From NCBI GenBank assembly GCA_030264375.1, contig JASCQW010000081.1, forward strand, positions 35,818,353-35,882,352: a DNA stretch of 64,000 nt. Direction: 5' to 3'. The notes under the pieces were generated by a model. That model saw nothing but the letters and a program-made list of their open reading frames with translations, ran no database searches and was not told the DNA's origin. This document shows, piece by piece, positions 63,251 through 64,000 of the stretch (position 1 is the first letter of the stretch; every line of letters begins with the position of its first letter). Both the position numbers and the translations under genes were made by a program. The DNA comes from Carcharhinus longimanus. Taxonomy: Eukaryota.

Positions 63251-64000
63251 TGGGGCACAGCAATGTTCCTCCTGTCTCTTTGCGCATGTCAGTGGAGTGA
63301 AAGGTCTTTACATACACAAACATTGAGAGCAAGTTCAGCACTGGGATTTGCAACTTCAACTCTCATGATTCACTAGGCCTTAATCACTGGAAAAGCCAGC
63401 AGCGAACTCTCCACTGGTGAATTTTCAAATGTGACAGCTGCCACAAAAGCACAGATGTTGCGTAAAAAGACTTGATAAATTGGTGACCACCTTTATGAGA
63501 AGCTTTTTGCAGACCGAGAGAGTTGGAGAGTGCATCATGGCTGCAGATCTTGTGCTTTGACACTATCAATGAAGGCAGCCTTCTCATTTGGAGAGCAATT
63601 ACAGCTACCCCTCCATGGCTAGTGAGGATGCCTAACTCCATTCTTGTAAGGTATTTTGGTTGCTGAGGTATTTTGCAGACAGTTCAGTAAAAAGTTTGAT
63701 GCACACCCCGGCATAATTCAAGGCACAGTAAATATCGTGATTCAGATACACATCACATACATGTGAGTGGGGGGTATGGCTCACCCTTGAAATAAAAGGG
63801 CACATAGATGTTTGGCACAATGTTTTCAACTGACGAAATCATTCCCATGAACAGCAAATGTATTTACATATTAACAGTTATTAAATAAACATGACCCAGA
63901 AATAAATTCAAACCTACTTAATTTTTCCTCATCAAATTGCTGTATTTTGGTACATCCCTGAAATCCACAGCAGAAGTGGAAACATAGAAAATAGGTGCAG

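Noticed and set aside
63786-63832. Possible 45-nt minus-strand exon (ENIVPNIYVPFYFK, donor gtgagc)
   Set aside because: Weak acceptor and not phase-compatible with the next candidate exon; cannot be supported within this window
1-64000. CRISPR arrays, rRNA genes or prokaryotic operons
   Set aside because: No regularly spaced repeat-spacer arrays, rRNA motifs or dense ORFs; the sequence is eukaryotic

Overview
Repeat-dense vertebrate genomic DNA with about 15 N gaps. It is very likely from a shark or other elasmobranch, inferred from HE1/V-SINE-like SINEs, shark-type CR1 fragments, Penelope-like termini and Harbinger families. No long intact ORF is present. Most of the window is nested, decayed mobile DNA: CR1 and L2/Rex-type LINEs, SINEs, Harbinger/PIF transposons and MITEs (one ~8 kb copy with TIRs, a TGA TSD and a duplicated Myb/SANT gene), two Ty3/gypsy relics (one with the Gmr1-type IN-RT-RH order), a possible Tigger fossil, and short Penelope-derived palindromic insertions with minimal hammerhead ribozyme motifs. 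Between the repeats, on the minus strand, is a candidate spliced host gene. It has five paralogous symmetric phase-1 exons sharing a conserved ~27-nt intronic acceptor, and further candidate exons upstream can be joined to them in one open frame. All calls were made by eye without database searches, and TE boundaries are approximate.
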